A stretch of DNA of 64,000 nt from a virus. Taxonomy: Duplodnaviria > Caudoviricetes. The notes under the pieces are model-generated. The model was not told the DNA's origin and made no database searches. It worked only from the letters and a program-made list of their open reading frames with translations. The position numbers and the translations under genes are program-made. Below, piece by piece: positions 10,341 through 21,049 of this stretch; the stretch's first letter is position 1; every line of letters starts with the position of its first letter. The stretch covers positions 10,264 to 74,263 of the IMG/VR virus record IMGVR_UViG_3300025126_000016. One strand, written 5' to 3'.

Positions 10341-10592
10341 TTAGGCCTTCTTGAGGTTCTTACGTTCCATGTGAGTCTTCACGAAGGGATCACCTTCACG
10401 GACTTCAACAGCATCATCCTTGGTATACCGATTGCGGGTGCGAACGTCATAAAGCTCGAAATCTCCGGTCGTCTTGACCTTGATCATGTTCGGCTCTTCC
10501 TGGATGTAGGTAGCCACTTCCTTTTCTACCTGAGCAGGAGCTTCCTGCTTAGTTTCTTCCTGCTTAGTTTCTTTGTTTGCATTCTTAATCAT
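10341..10592 (-). CDS. Hypothetical virion-module protein
   Basis: 83 aa, AGGAG RBS, immediately after capsid terminator. Confidence 0.6.
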   Translation of the reverse strand: MIKNANKETKQEETKQEAPAQVEKEVATYIQEEPNMIKVKTTGDFELYDVRTRNRYTKDDAVEVREGDPFVKTHMERKNLKKA

Positions 10593-10610
10593 GCTTGCTC
10601 TCCTGATAGA

Positions 10611-10640
10611 AAAAGGGCGGGGACTAGCCCCGCCCTCTTA
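10611..10640 (-). terminator. Intrinsic terminator after major capsid gene
   Basis: AGGGCGGGG/CCCCGCCCT stem with T-tract on minus strand. Confidence 0.75.
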
Positions 10641-10650
10641 TTGTTGGGGA

Positions 10651-11856
10651 TTAAACTACTGCGTCGAGGTTAAGAATTTGGCGAGTGTCGCCGAAGATCA
10701 GGCGGTAACCTGCGTTCTTCGTGCTGTAGAGATTCACTCGCTGGTTCTTAATTACTCGTTCGCTCTCTTCGATGTCCGAACCGTTTTCAATCAGTTCTTC
10801 CAACGTGTCGTTCTTCGAGAAGCCCAGAAGCTGGTTCGGGGCTGCGTCGGAAACGAGAGCGAAGTTGATGTTGAAGTCAAGCTGCGGGTTAGCCTGAGCA
10901 GCCGAAACACCTGCGCGCTGCAGGACTTCGCTCTGGCTCATGCCTTCGGCGATGCTCGGCTTAGCGAACATCAGACGCCACTGGAGATAAGTATCCCAGT
11001 TACCGGCAACCGTATCAATCGGCGCACCAGCCTTGGCACGTTCAACGAGCCAAGCGGTCAGGATTTCCCAGTTGATCTTACCGGCGGCTACACCAGTTAC
11101 ACCAAGCGTGTTATCCGTGTTGATGCCCGAAGCGGCACGGGTAGCAGCAGGACCATGAACACCGTCACCGTTGACCATGAGAGCGTAAGCGGTCGAAACC
11201 TGAGCAATCTTGGTCTGCTTTTCAGCGCGCATAACATACGGAGTAACAAGGTCGAGGCTAGCACGACGCGAGAACTCGTAAGTCCATTCAAGTCCAACAC
11301 CGAACTTGAAGATTTTGACCGACTGGTCGCTGGCCTTGATGCTCCACACCGGGATGCGGGCACCTTCCGCGATCATGCCGTAACGGCCATAATCTTCTTC
11401 GCTGTCCTGAACAACAGTGGTAATCAGTTCCGTACCATTGATGGTGCGGCTCTGGGCGACGAGAGCTTCGGGAGTTTCAAACTCCGTCTGACGGTACTTC
11501 CACTGAACAACGTCGTCAATGACCTCAGGGAAGAGGGCACGAACACCGCGATACGAAGCAAACGCGTCGGCAGCAGCCTGCAGCGTTACCGCATTACGGT
11601 AGTCATTCTTGGTGGGAAGGCCAAGGAAAACCTTGGTAGCTTCGTAGCCATCCATGCCGAGTTCGGCGACTGCGCCTTCTGGCTGAACAGCCAAACGGAG
11701 ATAGTCAGCGGTGTTGAGTCCGTAGTCCTTGGCCTCAGCAAGCAGCTTAAGACCGGCTTCCTGAGACTCAGCGCCGTTGTCGCTCTTGAGCGCACCGACA
11801 ACCTCAGCTACAGGGCGACGGTTAGCAGTAAGCTCTGTAGTGGGCTTAAAGTTCAT
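10651..11856 (-). CDS. Major capsid protein (HK97-like fold)
   Basis: 401 aa after protease and decoration genes; KFGVGLEWTYEFSRRASLDLV...KIAQV pattern; strong RBS and terminator. Confidence 0.85.
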   Translation of the reverse strand: MNFKPTTELTANRRPVAEVVGALKSDNGAESQEAGLKLLAEAKDYGLNTADYLRLAVQPEGAVAELGMDGYEATKVFLGLPTKNDYRNAVTLQAAADAFASYRGVRALFPEVIDDVVQWKYRQTEFETPEALVAQSRTINGTELITTVVQDSEEDYGRYGMIAEGARIPVWSIKASDQSVKIFKFGVGLEWTYEFSRRASLDLVTPYVMRAEKQTKIAQVSTAYALMVNGDGVHGPAATRAASGINTDNTLGVTGVAAGKINWEILTAWLVERAKAGAPIDTVAGNWDTYLQWRLMFAKPSIAEGMSQSEVLQRAGVSAAQANPQLDFNINFALVSDAAPNQLLGFSKNDTLEELIENGSDIEESERVIKNQRVNLYSTKNAGYRLIFGDTRQILNLDAVV

Positions 11857-11887
11857 TTCAATATTCTCCTGTTATCTTTTCTAGTTC

Positions 11888-12292
11888 TTACTGTTCAACG
11901 ATTACATATTCGCCGGAAACGGCAAGAACAACGTTCTTGGCCGGGTCGGCGGCAAGAGCTGCCTTAACGAGACCAGCGCCTGCACCAACAACCGTGTTGC
12001 CACGGTTGACTACAGTACCGGTGCCCTTCTTGAGACGCTTACGGAAACGAGTTTCCACGGTTACCGTGACAACACCTTCCTGCGAGCGATCTTCGACCTG
12101 GAAAACTCGACCGTAAATTGCTTCATCAGCAGCGGCGAGCTTAACAGTAGCGTCAGCACTCGTGTCCAGCGACACGCAGCGACCGATGATTTCATCATCA
12201 GTCAGACCACCGTCTGCCGCGAGGAACATCGTGAATGCAAAGTCGTGCTGTGTGAAACCATCAAGCACTACCTGATTCGGATTGAAAGCCAT
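11888..12292 (-). CDS. Capsid decoration/auxiliary protein
   Basis: 134 aa Gly/Ala/Val-rich between protease and MCP. Confidence 0.65.
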   Translation of the reverse strand: MAFNPNQVVLDGFTQHDFAFTMFLAADGGLTDDEIIGRCVSLDTSADATVKLAAADEAIYGRVFQVEDRSQEGVVTVTVETRFRKRLKKGTGTVVNRGNTVVGAGAGLVKAALAADPAKNVVLAVSGEYVIVEQ

Positions 12293-12312
12293 ATTCTATT
12301 ACTCCTTAATTC

Positions 12313-13494
12313 TTACGAACGGAAGCTGTCGGCCTGAGCCTTGAGCTTTGTTTCTGCTTCACGCTTAGCGCGATCTTCGTCGGATTCGTCAGAACCTGCA
12401 CCCTGCGAGGCACCGCCTGCGGGGATAAGGGCACTGAGGCGAGTTTCGTTGCCCGTGATGAAGTCGACCATAGCCGGAACATCTTCGAGAACTTTCGCGT
12501 CAGTATCACCGTCGAGCGCCTTAAGAGCCACGTACTGCTTACCGATCAGGGTATTCAGAGCGGTCGTCTGGTCTTCGTTCAGCCCACCTTCGTCGTTATT
12601 GGCAGCTTCAAGCTGCGTCTTGAGGTCATCACGTTCAGTTGTCAGGGTCGTGATGGTTTCATCACGAGCCGAGAGGTCTGCCGTGAGGCGCTCATTCTCG
12701 CTGGTTGCTGCATTAAGCTTCGTCGAAAGGTCGATCTTGTCGTCCGTAAGTGCGGCGAGCTTAGTGCTTAGTTCCTTAAAATCCACTTTTTCTTCTCCTG
12801 GGTCACTAGCTGTTGCTGTGCAGTAAAAATTATTCAACTCAACACCCGCCGCAGCAAGTCTCTGAGCTTCTTGGCCCAACTTAGCATCAGATGGCGCAAT
12901 AATCTTGGAGTTTTTCGCTGCACCACGACTCACCAAGCTTAATTCCATTACTTCTTCTACACCAATTAGATTAGTGTGTACTCCTTCTTCGCCAATTTTA
13001 TGCCCTTCACCGCACTCGAGCGTAATGAAAGGCATGTAATCATCATTGGCTGCAGCTTCCATGTAGTCGTAACCACATTCTGAGCAAAGCATCTTCTCAG
13101 AAAGAAACTGAATTGATACTTCGTCAATAGAACCTGCGTTTAGTTTCGTGATGATCTTCTCTTCCGAGTTATCTACATAGAGATAACCGCGCAACTCGGT
13201 CTCGCCGTTCTCCATGGGAATGGCTTCACCGTAGAAGAACTTGCCGTAAGGCGTTCCACGCATATCGTGGTCCATCATCAAGGGGATGGGTTCTTCGTTT
13301 ACTCGGCGAGCAAGCTGAGCAATGGTATTCGGGCTGATCTTAGCCTTATGGAAAACAGTTCCCTGCTTGCCACGAAGAGCTACCGTGCTGGTTGCCCTTA
13401 CTTCGTACACGCGAAGACTAGACGTATCAACGCCTACACCAACGGTGGCTTGTAGAAGCGCGTTGATAAATGGAGTCTTTGTCAATTCTTTCAT
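12313..13494 (-). CDS. Prohead protease with C-terminal scaffold
   Basis: PLMMDHD His motif, SIQF and ELSLVSRGA Ser motif, coiled-coil acidic C-terminus. Confidence 0.85.
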   Translation of the reverse strand: MKELTKTPFINALLQATVGVGVDTSSLRVYEVRATSTVALRGKQGTVFHKAKISPNTIAQLARRVNEEPIPLMMDHDMRGTPYGKFFYGEAIPMENGETELRGYLYVDNSEEKIITKLNAGSIDEVSIQFLSEKMLCSECGYDYMEAAANDDYMPFITLECGEGHKIGEEGVHTNLIGVEEVMELSLVSRGAAKNSKIIAPSDAKLGQEAQRLAAAGVELNNFYCTATASDPGEEKVDFKELSTKLAALTDDKIDLSTKLNAATSENERLTADLSARDETITTLTTERDDLKTQLEAANNDEGGLNEDQTTALNTLIGKQYVALKALDGDTDAKVLEDVPAMVDFITGNETRLSALIPAGGASQGAGSDESDEDRAKREAETKLKAQADSFRS

Positions 13495-13533
13495 TTCAAT
13501 TACTCCGTAGTATCTTCTGTGCCAGTTTGCAAC

Positions 13534-15006
13534 TTAACCATTCTGAACCTCTCCTTGGCGTGTTCGGTTTGACTTAGCGTTTTGACCGCCCTCACTTACT
13601 TGACCTCTACCATTAGGATCATCGTTCGGGCTGATGTCTTCGGCGTTTACTTCGACGGTGGACTGATCAAGGAAGCCAGTGCCTGAAAGAACTGGCGCTC
13701 CCTCAGGTGGCAAACGACCATACATGTCGAGGTAATACTGTTCGTCGGTGATAAGACCGAGTGAGAGGTCTTGCTTAAGTCTCGAAGCCTTCATCGTGTA
13801 GTGCGGCTCAAGCTCTAAGATTGGACGCAGTTCAATTGGAGTGAAGTAGCACTCGACATGACCTTGGAATCCGGCGATACGAACTGCCAGCGTGAGAGCT
13901 TCACTCATCAGGGAAGCGACCGTCTCATTGAGGCTGTCGCAGTTCATGGCAAACAGTCGGCTCTCGGTGGATGCTGTATCTCCGGTTCCGCCCTTGCCTA
14001 CAACCGAAGGCATAGTCTTGAGAGCAGCTTGGTTCTGAGCGTCCAACGTTTCAATGACTTCGCTAATCTGCAGGCTGGCACCCGGATTCTTGTCGTTCAC
14101 CATACCAGCGGTGACTGCGTCCGTGTGAACGAAGGCTTGGTCAGGGCGAATGTTGGCGAAGGTAGAACGAACAGCAGCGATCTGAGTGTTGACAAATTCC
14201 TGACGCTTCTTGGCATCGTTGCGTAGACCGACAGGGGCATTAGCCATGAGGACGCTCTCAAGCACCGTGACGTCGATGCGAGGATAACCCGTCATACGCA
14301 TGATGTTGTAGAGTTCTTCAATCACCTGAGTACGAGCCGCAATCGTGTTGATACTCGACACAAACATTGAATAGCTGTAGACGCTCGAAGGATTCTGATG
14401 GAAGCTGGTCGAGAAGAACGTAGGAATGTTCAAGTTGATCAGGTCCTGTGAACCCGTCACCTTTTGCAAGGGGACGTATTGCCCCGGCTTGGTTTCTTCC
14501 CATTCAATGCTGGCCATGTCCACGTTACGAAGCTCGTAAGGCTCCATAGCCTTATCGTAAACTAGCTCGCAGCCAATAGCGCCGCGAAGCATAGTGCTGT
14601 AACGAAGATCGTCAAAGAACTTCTTCTTGGCTGACTTGGCATTGTAACCGAGAGTATAGTCGTTGCCGGTGAAAAGGCGGGTTAGAATATTGTTCGCCAA
14701 GGCGATTCCGTCTCTACTTAGCTGACCATTCAGATCGAACGCAGTTACTACCAAGTCTGCTGAGCTTGAGATAGTACCGTAGACGAAGATGGCTGAGGAT
14801 ACGTCGGGGTCGTGACGGGTAAGTCTATCAAGAAGTGTACGACTGTCGTCAGCGAGCCTAGAGTCAAAGAGACTAGTACGGTGTTCATCGTAACCCGGAA
14901 CCGAGATAGCTGTTTCGTTAGGATTAAATCCTGGAGTTGCTGCTGCACCTCCTGCTTTGTTCTTCTTCTTCGGAAGAATAAACTGGAAGCTATCTGCCAA
15001 AGCCAT
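13534..15006 (-). CDS. Portal protein
   Basis: 490 aa between terminase and protease. Confidence 0.8.
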   Translation of the reverse strand: MALADSFQFILPKKKNKAGGAAATPGFNPNETAISVPGYDEHRTSLFDSRLADDSRTLLDRLTRHDPDVSSAIFVYGTISSSADLVVTAFDLNGQLSRDGIALANNILTRLFTGNDYTLGYNAKSAKKKFFDDLRYSTMLRGAIGCELVYDKAMEPYELRNVDMASIEWEETKPGQYVPLQKVTGSQDLINLNIPTFFSTSFHQNPSSVYSYSMFVSSINTIAARTQVIEELYNIMRMTGYPRIDVTVLESVLMANAPVGLRNDAKKRQEFVNTQIAAVRSTFANIRPDQAFVHTDAVTAGMVNDKNPGASLQISEVIETLDAQNQAALKTMPSVVGKGGTGDTASTESRLFAMNCDSLNETVASLMSEALTLAVRIAGFQGHVECYFTPIELRPILELEPHYTMKASRLKQDLSLGLITDEQYYLDMYGRLPPEGAPVLSGTGFLDQSTVEVNAEDISPNDDPNGRGQVSEGGQNAKSNRTRQGEVQNG

Positions 15007-16720
15007 ACTTTTCTACGTCCTTATTTCTAAACCGGTCTCTTGGATCGTTCTGTTTACCCATATCCAGCCCAAGAATTGATAGTGTCATAGCAGTATCATT
15101 CAAATTATGCAAAAAGATATGCTCCGCAACTCGACGCGCCAATAAGGCAAAAGCCATACTATGGAAAAAGTGATCGTTTCCGTTCAACTTGACCCATTTC
15201 GGCTCCTTTTCGGGCGTTTCTTCACGCACCATATCCCTCAAGTGTGCCATTAAAGTGTCTTTATGGGAAGTGTAACCACCAATAACCGCAGCATTATTAA
15301 CTATCGAAGTTCGCACCATGTCGAGTGCGAAGGTACGATTGGCTGCGTAATAGATGAGATTACCCGCCTCGTCCTTCTTGGGTGCGAGGATAGCCTTGCC
15401 TTCATATGCGACAGGCATCATCACACCGCTGGTGTTCTCACGCAGCGAGTCTACCTCGGGAGTATAGGGATATCGGTCAGCACACATTTGCACGACGTTG
15501 TACTGCTTGGTGATTTCTGCCAGAGCAGTATGAAGCTGAGAGGAGTGGCAAGTCCTGAACAGGAACCAAGGGTCTTTCCCTTCATCTGGCTCTCCCACCA
15601 CCGTGATGTGGCATATAGCGCCCATATCGACTCCGACGAAAGCAGCAGCACTGGTCTCTACCTGACGCCCATTGGAGGCGAGGCAGGACTTGATTGCGTC
15701 TTCTGGAATCTGTGCGGAAGCGGGGCTGTAAGGCTCGCCCAACACAGTGTTGTGGAAGCCCTTCTCGTTTTCGTTCAACTTGTACTTGGCAAGCTGCTTG
15801 AAGATATACTCCAGAGAAATACGATCCGTCGAGAACGGATTAACCTTGTAGCCTCTGAAATTGTCTCTGCTCGGATGCTTGGCAACCCACTCTCTCAGGT
15901 CAGGATTATGGAGGTCCAGTCGGGAGCTACACTTGCTACACTTAACGTAAGCCTTCTTGAGATTAAGCCCCGTGATCTGCTCAGGGGTCATGTCCACCAA
16001 CTTGTCTACCTCGAAGCTGAGGTCAGGAATATGAACCCAATCGTGTTCGAACAGGGGGACTTGGTGATGGTTGCATGACTCGCAGCGTACCAAGTACATG
16101 TGCTGATCGGTCAAGGCAAAGTTCTTGTCTACGCCATATCCCATGTAGGTCGGGGTAGAGAAAGCTTGAGTGATCTTGTAGTCAGAGTTCTGCAGACGAG
16201 ACTGGAACAGACCGATCATGGCCTCGTCGGAAAGATCGAGTTCGTCGTGGAACAGGATGTCAGCGGGAATAGAGGTAGCGGGACCTTCATTACAGCCTGT
16301 GATGTAGCCCCAACTGTCTCCGATCTGGATGAGGTCCTGACGACGTACTGGCTTCTCTACCATTGGTGGGTTGAAGACATGATCGTTCTTTAGGATGGGA
16401 GAGATACGAGTCGTATAGACACGCTTGTACATGTCTTCCGTGGGCAGCGTGAAGATGCCTGATACACCGTTCATGCGGCGAAGGAAGGCAAGGAACTTGC
16501 GAACCTGAACTTCGGTCAGACCAATCTGAGAACACTTGATGACCGACATGTTCGGATGCATGTCGTTCGCAATCTGCTCTTGGAATGGATAGCGGTCGAA
16601 GTTGAAAGGCTTGCGATTGAGCGTGGTATGCTCTTTAAGCCAGTCGCCCAATGGGACTTCGTCGCCTGCGGCGAGGAACTTCGTACTGGCTTGTTTATGT
16701 AGTTCGGAAAACAGCTTCAT
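14990..16720 (-). CDS. terL: Terminase large subunit (lambda gpA-like)
   Basis: YPFQEQI motif, Walker A KCSQIGLTE, Walker B LFHDELD, Zn-ribbon CxxC pairs, nuclease GVDMG and NDHFFHS. Confidence 0.93.
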   Translation of the reverse strand: MKLFSELHKQASTKFLAAGDEVPLGDWLKEHTTLNRKPFNFDRYPFQEQIANDMHPNMSVIKCSQIGLTEVQVRKFLAFLRRMNGVSGIFTLPTEDMYKRVYTTRISPILKNDHVFNPPMVEKPVRRQDLIQIGDSWGYITGCNEGPATSIPADILFHDELDLSDEAMIGLFQSRLQNSDYKITQAFSTPTYMGYGVDKNFALTDQHMYLVRCESCNHHQVPLFEHDWVHIPDLSFEVDKLVDMTPEQITGLNLKKAYVKCSKCSSRLDLHNPDLREWVAKHPSRDNFRGYKVNPFSTDRISLEYIFKQLAKYKLNENEKGFHNTVLGEPYSPASAQIPEDAIKSCLASNGRQVETSAAAFVGVDMGAICHITVVGEPDEGKDPWFLFRTCHSSQLHTALAEITKQYNVVQMCADRYPYTPEVDSLRENTSGVMMPVAYEGKAILAPKKDEAGNLIYYAANRTFALDMVRTSIVNNAAVIGGYTSHKDTLMAHLRDMVREETPEKEPKWVKLNGNDHFFHSMAFALLARRVAEHIFLHNLNDTAMTLSILGLDMGKQNDPRDRFRNKDVEKYGFGR

Positions 16721-16760
16721 TTAACTAAGTTTGCAACTTGACCTATTTTTCATGCGCGGG

Positions 16761-16789
16761 TTGACGGCTGGATTTCGGCTGTGTATATC
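16761..16789 (+). promoter_or_regulatory. Sigma70-like promoter for the terS/primase operon
   Basis: TTGACG-17 nt-TATATC. Confidence 0.6.
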
Positions 16790-16825
16790 GCCTATCAGTC
16801 AATCACGCAAGGAATTAGAACCGGT

Positions 16826-17329
16826 ATGGAAAAATACCCAGCCATCAGCCTGACTGAGCTACAGAAGATCAAGAATGTAGTTGAGCAGGCAGAGAACGAT
16901 CCGAAATATCTCGACGGGCGAATCGCCCCTTACGACAAGCAAACTAGAGAGTTGCTAAAGAGCTTCTTCCCCGATCCCGTCGTAGCTGCTACTATAGAGG
17001 GTGGTGAGGAGAAAGGCAAGGTTGGTCGCCCGAAGAAAGGACCAGTCATTCCCATGTCTGAACTCGAAGGAGAGTTCGACGACCTTCGAAAGGAAATCCA
17101 ATCTCTCAAGACCGACGCCAAAGGGTTGGAGCCTCACGAGCGTATTCAGGTTGTAAAGACGAGAGCCGCATTGATTGAGAAAATCCTGTCCATGAAGGAA
17201 CGGATTGGTAATATCAACAGAGTAAACAAGTTCATGGCCTTAGTCATGGAGATTCTCGAAGCTGAACTTCCGCAAGAGTCGCGGCTTCGTATTATTGAGA
17301 AACTCGCCGAGTATAAAGAAGAGGAATAA
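16826..17329 (+). CDS. Putative terminase small subunit
   Basis: Helical protein divergent from terL with GRPKK and coiled-coil; assignment by context. Confidence 0.4.
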   Translation: MEKYPAISLTELQKIKNVVEQAENDPKYLDGRIAPYDKQTRELLKSFFPDPVVAATIEGGEEKGKVGRPKKGPVIPMSELEGEFDDLRKEIQSLKTDAKGLEPHERIQVVKTRAALIEKILSMKERIGNINRVNKFMALVMEILEAELPQESRLRIIEKLAEYKEEE

Positions 17330-17331
17330 TT

Positions 17332-19794
17332 GTGACAGTTTTTGGAACACACGCACCCCAGTATTGGGCAGTAGGACTGCCTGTCATTCCGCTAAAACCA
17401 TTTGACTCTCCAGAGAAGGGTGCCGGTAAGGCTCCCATTCTTCCTGACTGGACTCGCTACGGCACTCAGCAGCCAAGCCAGCTTGAGAAGGCCATGTGGG
17501 TCAAGGCATACCCTAACCACAACATCGGACTTCCTTTTGGTGCTGCCTCTGGTCTTTGTGCTATCGATATCGATACCGAAGACGAGGACCTGATCGCTGC
17601 CATTCTGGAGGTGCTGCCTCCTACGCCGTGGACCCGTATTGGTGCCAAGGGTATGGGCTTGATCTACAAGTGGTCTGGACAACGTAACTTCAAGCTGCGT
17701 GGCGAGGAAGGCGGGATGATTCTCGAATTCCTCGGCATGGGCAACCAGATGGTTGTACCACCTTCGATCCACCCTGATACGAAGAAGCCTTACACTGCCG
17801 ACAACAACCTCTATGATGTCATGGATCAAATCCAACCGCTGCCTAACGACATCGATCAGAAGCTCCGTGAGCTTCTCGGGGACAAGGGCTTCAAGGTAAA
17901 CAAGGGTACTCGCTCTGGTCCTGTGGATGTCGTGCCGGAAGGTGAACGTGATGTCCAGATGATCCGTCATGCTGGCTATCTTGCTCGTGTCGTTCTTGGC
18001 ATGGACAAGTCTGCTCAGTTCAGTCTTGCCGATGCTATTGAGCAGATGACCCACTGGGTTCGCACGTACACTGCCTCAGTGTCTGGCGATGACATGGACC
18101 CCGGGAAAGGCGTAGCCAAGCTGCTTGAGTTCTTGGTCAAGGACCTTGAAAAGGGCAAGTCTCTTCCAGAAGGTTGGGATGCTGACCTTGATGAGAAGTG
18201 GGAAGAGAATGACACGATCAAACTTATCCGTGAGAAAAATCAGGTCTCACGTTGGACCGTTACGAAGGCTCGTGAATGGCTCAGCGGTAAGATCGCCGAA
18301 CGACCGAATGACGACGATTGGGCTATGGCTCGTGTTCAGGAGCTTCTCTCGCTTGTTGCGAAGGATGATAAATTTTCTGAAATGGATTTTCGTGCACTGA
18401 TCGGCTTCATCCAGAAGTCGGCTGGCAATGATAACCTTAAGTTTGGTAAAGCTGATCTTCTGCAGGGCTACAAGACAGCCAAGCGTGAGGCCGAGGGTGG
18501 TGAGGATTGGGAAGACCATGAAACCATTGCTCGTGCCGTGCTTGAACAGATTGAACGAATTGGCGAGCTACGTTTCGACAAGGATCGTTTTTGGCAGTGG
18601 AATGGCTCGTGTTTCAAGCACATGCCTCACGAAGATATTTACATGGAGATTGCTAACAATGTTAAAGGGTCGAAACTTGTTCAACGACATAACGATTACG
18701 CCAGTATCACGAAGGTCCTCGAACGTATGTGTCGTAAGCCACTCGGTGAAGCCTACGAGACTGGTATCAATTTTGCTAATGGTTGGGTTGGGGAAGACCT
18801 TGTGGTCTTGGATCACTCGGCGAAATACGGAGCTACATTCACCCTTCCGTTTGAATACAAACCCGAGCTTGCATCGCGGGCTAATCGATTCTTCGAGTTC
18901 CTCGGCGACTGTTGGGGCAACGAAGATGATTTCCAAGACAGGGTCAAATGTCTCCAAGAGGCATTTGCCGCAACCCTGTTCGGAATCGCTACGGAGTATC
19001 AGAGAGCATTCCTCCTCGTAGGCAAGGCAGGCACGGGTAAGACCGTGATGCTGGACATCCTGGAGGCTCTGGTTCCACCCGAGGGGGTAGCTTCGCTATC
19101 ACCCGAAGTCTGGGGCAAGCAGTTCTCTCAGGTCAGCTTGATCGGCAAGGTGGTAAACATCTGCCCCGAGCTTCCCGAGAACGGGGTGATCGCCGGTAAC
19201 TCGTTCAAGGCCGTGGTTGAAGGTTCTCCGCAGGAGACTGAATACAAGGGTCGTGACAAGTTTCGCTATCGTCCCAAGTCTGCTCACTGGTTCGGCTCTA
19301 ACTTCATGCCGATCAGTCGTGATACCAGTCGTGGTTTTACTCGTCGCTGGATCATGCTGGACTTCCATAACGTCGTGCCAGAGAAGCAGCGTATCAAGAA
19401 CCTTGCTGACAGCATCATTGCCGATGAGCGTGAGGCTATCGTGGCTTGGGCACTTGAAGGTCTGGAACGGTTGCGTAAGCAGGGTGATTATACCAAGCCT
19501 GCTTCGCACAAGAGACGTATGGAGCAGTTGCGCCGCATCAATAACTCGGTCAAGGCTTTCCTTGATGCAAACACCAACGTCATCATGAACGAAGGTGGAG
19601 TGACGATGATGCGTGAACTCTATGACCAGTACAACTTCCATCAGAAGGATATTGGTCGTGGTACACCTGTGTCATACGAGCGGTTCGGGCAGATGCTCGA
19701 AGACCTCGACTTTGCAGTTGAAATGGAGCCTGATGGCATGGGTCACAGGGATTGGGTAGTCAAAGGCGTGAGCCTCAAGCGTGGAGCAGATTGA
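17332..19794 (+). CDS. Bifunctional primase-polymerase fused to D5-like SF3 helicase
   Basis: N-terminal Prim-Pol (NIGLPFG...AIDID, VVPPSIHP); Walker A GKAGTGKT; D5 motifs. Confidence 0.92.
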   Translation: MTVFGTHAPQYWAVGLPVIPLKPFDSPEKGAGKAPILPDWTRYGTQQPSQLEKAMWVKAYPNHNIGLPFGAASGLCAIDIDTEDEDLIAAILEVLPPTPWTRIGAKGMGLIYKWSGQRNFKLRGEEGGMILEFLGMGNQMVVPPSIHPDTKKPYTADNNLYDVMDQIQPLPNDIDQKLRELLGDKGFKVNKGTRSGPVDVVPEGERDVQMIRHAGYLARVVLGMDKSAQFSLADAIEQMTHWVRTYTASVSGDDMDPGKGVAKLLEFLVKDLEKGKSLPEGWDADLDEKWEENDTIKLIREKNQVSRWTVTKAREWLSGKIAERPNDDDWAMARVQELLSLVAKDDKFSEMDFRALIGFIQKSAGNDNLKFGKADLLQGYKTAKREAEGGEDWEDHETIARAVLEQIERIGELRFDKDRFWQWNGSCFKHMPHEDIYMEIANNVKGSKLVQRHNDYASITKVLERMCRKPLGEAYETGINFANGWVGEDLVVLDHSAKYGATFTLPFEYKPELASRANRFFEFLGDCWGNEDDFQDRVKCLQEAFAATLFGIATEYQRAFLLVGKAGTGKTVMLDILEALVPPEGVASLSPEVWGKQFSQVSLIGKVVNICPELPENGVIAGNSFKAVVEGSPQETEYKGRDKFRYRPKSAHWFGSNFMPISRDTSRGFTRRWIMLDFHNVVPEKQRIKNLADSIIADEREAIVAWALEGLERLRKQGDYTKPASHKRRMEQLRRINNSVKAFLDANTNVIMNEGGVTMMRELYDQYNFHQKDIGRGTPVSYERFGQMLEDLDFAVEMEPDGMGHRDWVVKGVSLKRGAD

Positions 19795-20233
19795 TATGGC
19801 TGATGTAAAATGGGATAACCGCATGATGGCGCTTGCGGAGCATGTGGCTGAATGGAGCAAGGACCCCTCGACGAAAGTCGGGGCGGTCATCATGAGGGGT
19901 GATAGGACTGTCGCCTCTATGGGCTACAATGGTTTTCCTCGTGGGGTCATGGATCAGATTGATCGCTATGCCAACCGTGAGGTCAAGTACACTATGGTAG
20001 TCCACGCAGAGGCCAATGCTATTGTTGCAGCTGCTGGCTCTGTCTCGGGTATGACGATCTACTGCACTCTGTTTCCCTGCTGTGAGTGTGCGAAGCTCAT
20101 TATACAGTCAGGCTTGAGGGAGGTGGTGGTCAAGTCTCTGGAGAAGAACGAGAGATACTACGACAGCATGACCACTTCTCAGAAGATGTTCAGGGAAGCT
20201 GGAGTTATCCTTCGGGAAGTCGGAAAGCCTTAA
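19781..20233 (+). CDS. dCMP deaminase
   Basis: SKDPSTKVGA, HAEANA and PCCEC zinc motifs. Confidence 0.95.
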   Translation: MEQIDMADVKWDNRMMALAEHVAEWSKDPSTKVGAVIMRGDRTVASMGYNGFPRGVMDQIDRYANREVKYTMVVHAEANAIVAAAGSVSGMTIYCTLFPCCECAKLIIQSGLREVVVKSLEKNERYYDSMTTSQKMFREAGVILREVGKP

Positions 20234-20406
20234 GTGCGGGATAAAACTTGAAGGACAACTGACGGGGGTCGGACTTAGGTTCGGCCCCCATTTCTATGTA
20301 GAGAACATCACCCTTTTCTACCTTGAAGCTGGCCAGAGCATCTATCTCTTGTCGAGCTTCAATCATTGCTTCGATGGTGGTAACTTTAGCGGTTCCCCCG
20401 AGAGGG

Positions 20407-20940
20407 TTAATCTCTATCTGCATAAATCCTCTTGCTTAGTTGCTGGAAGAAGCTCCACGACTTCCTGTTCACCCAACGGGCGCAGTGAGCGAAGCAGCGG
20501 AACACGGTGAATGCGGGCCAGTAGAAAAACCAGCACATGATACGAGTACGAAACTCATATGGATCAGGAGGAAGCGTCATCATGTCCTCGGCATTCATCG
20601 GTTTGAATGCTTGCTGAGCCATATGGCGTAGCTCATACTCGGATTCCGTGTAAGGCCCGATGGTCTTGACAAAGAACCCGATACGGTAGACCAAGTTGAT
20701 CCACTTGGCAGTTGTGAAGATCGCTGCAAAAAGGAAGTAGGCCACAATCGCCATGCCGAATGTGATTGGTTCGGGAGAGTAAGTGGTAAACCCGAACACA
20801 TAGGTCCAGGTGGCGATAGCCCAAAGAGTGGGAGTGGTCAGTCCTTCACGGCGTTCGGCGTAAACACTAGTTACGATACAGAAAAACAAAAGGAGGAGCC
20901 AATAGATGGCTTCTCCATAAATGATTAGCGGAGTAATCAC
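20407..20940 (-). CDS. Multi-pass membrane protein
   Basis: 177 aa with several hydrophobic segments. Confidence 0.65.
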   Translation of the reverse strand: MITPLIIYGEAIYWLLLLFFCIVTSVYAERREGLTTPTLWAIATWTYVFGFTTYSPEPITFGMAIVAYFLFAAIFTTAKWINLVYRIGFFVKTIGPYTESEYELRHMAQQAFKPMNAEDMMTLPPDPYEFRTRIMCWFFYWPAFTVFRCFAHCARWVNRKSWSFFQQLSKRIYADRD

Positions 20941-21047
20941 CGGTCCCTCTTGGGAGGGACTTCGTAGACATCAGGCTTACGCTTTAGTTCTCTACGAACA
21001 AAATAAAGTGCGGCACCGACAATCACGATCCCAATTACTATCTCCAT
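20937..21047 (-). CDS. Small membrane protein (36 aa)
   Basis: Hand translation MEIVIGIVIVGAALYFVRRELKRKPDVYEVPPKRDR, GAGGAG RBS. Confidence 0.6.
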   Translation of the reverse strand: MEIVIGIVIVGAALYFVRRELKRKPDVYEVPPKRDR

Positions 21048-21049
21048 AC

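Noticed and set aside
10573-11967. 464-aa plus-strand ORF opposite the capsid gene, and similar long antisense ORFs (33945-34943, 37898-39217, 56308-57048, 15263-16078, 17392-18054)
   Set aside because: Shadow frames of strongly codon-biased genes; no RBS or recognisable motifs
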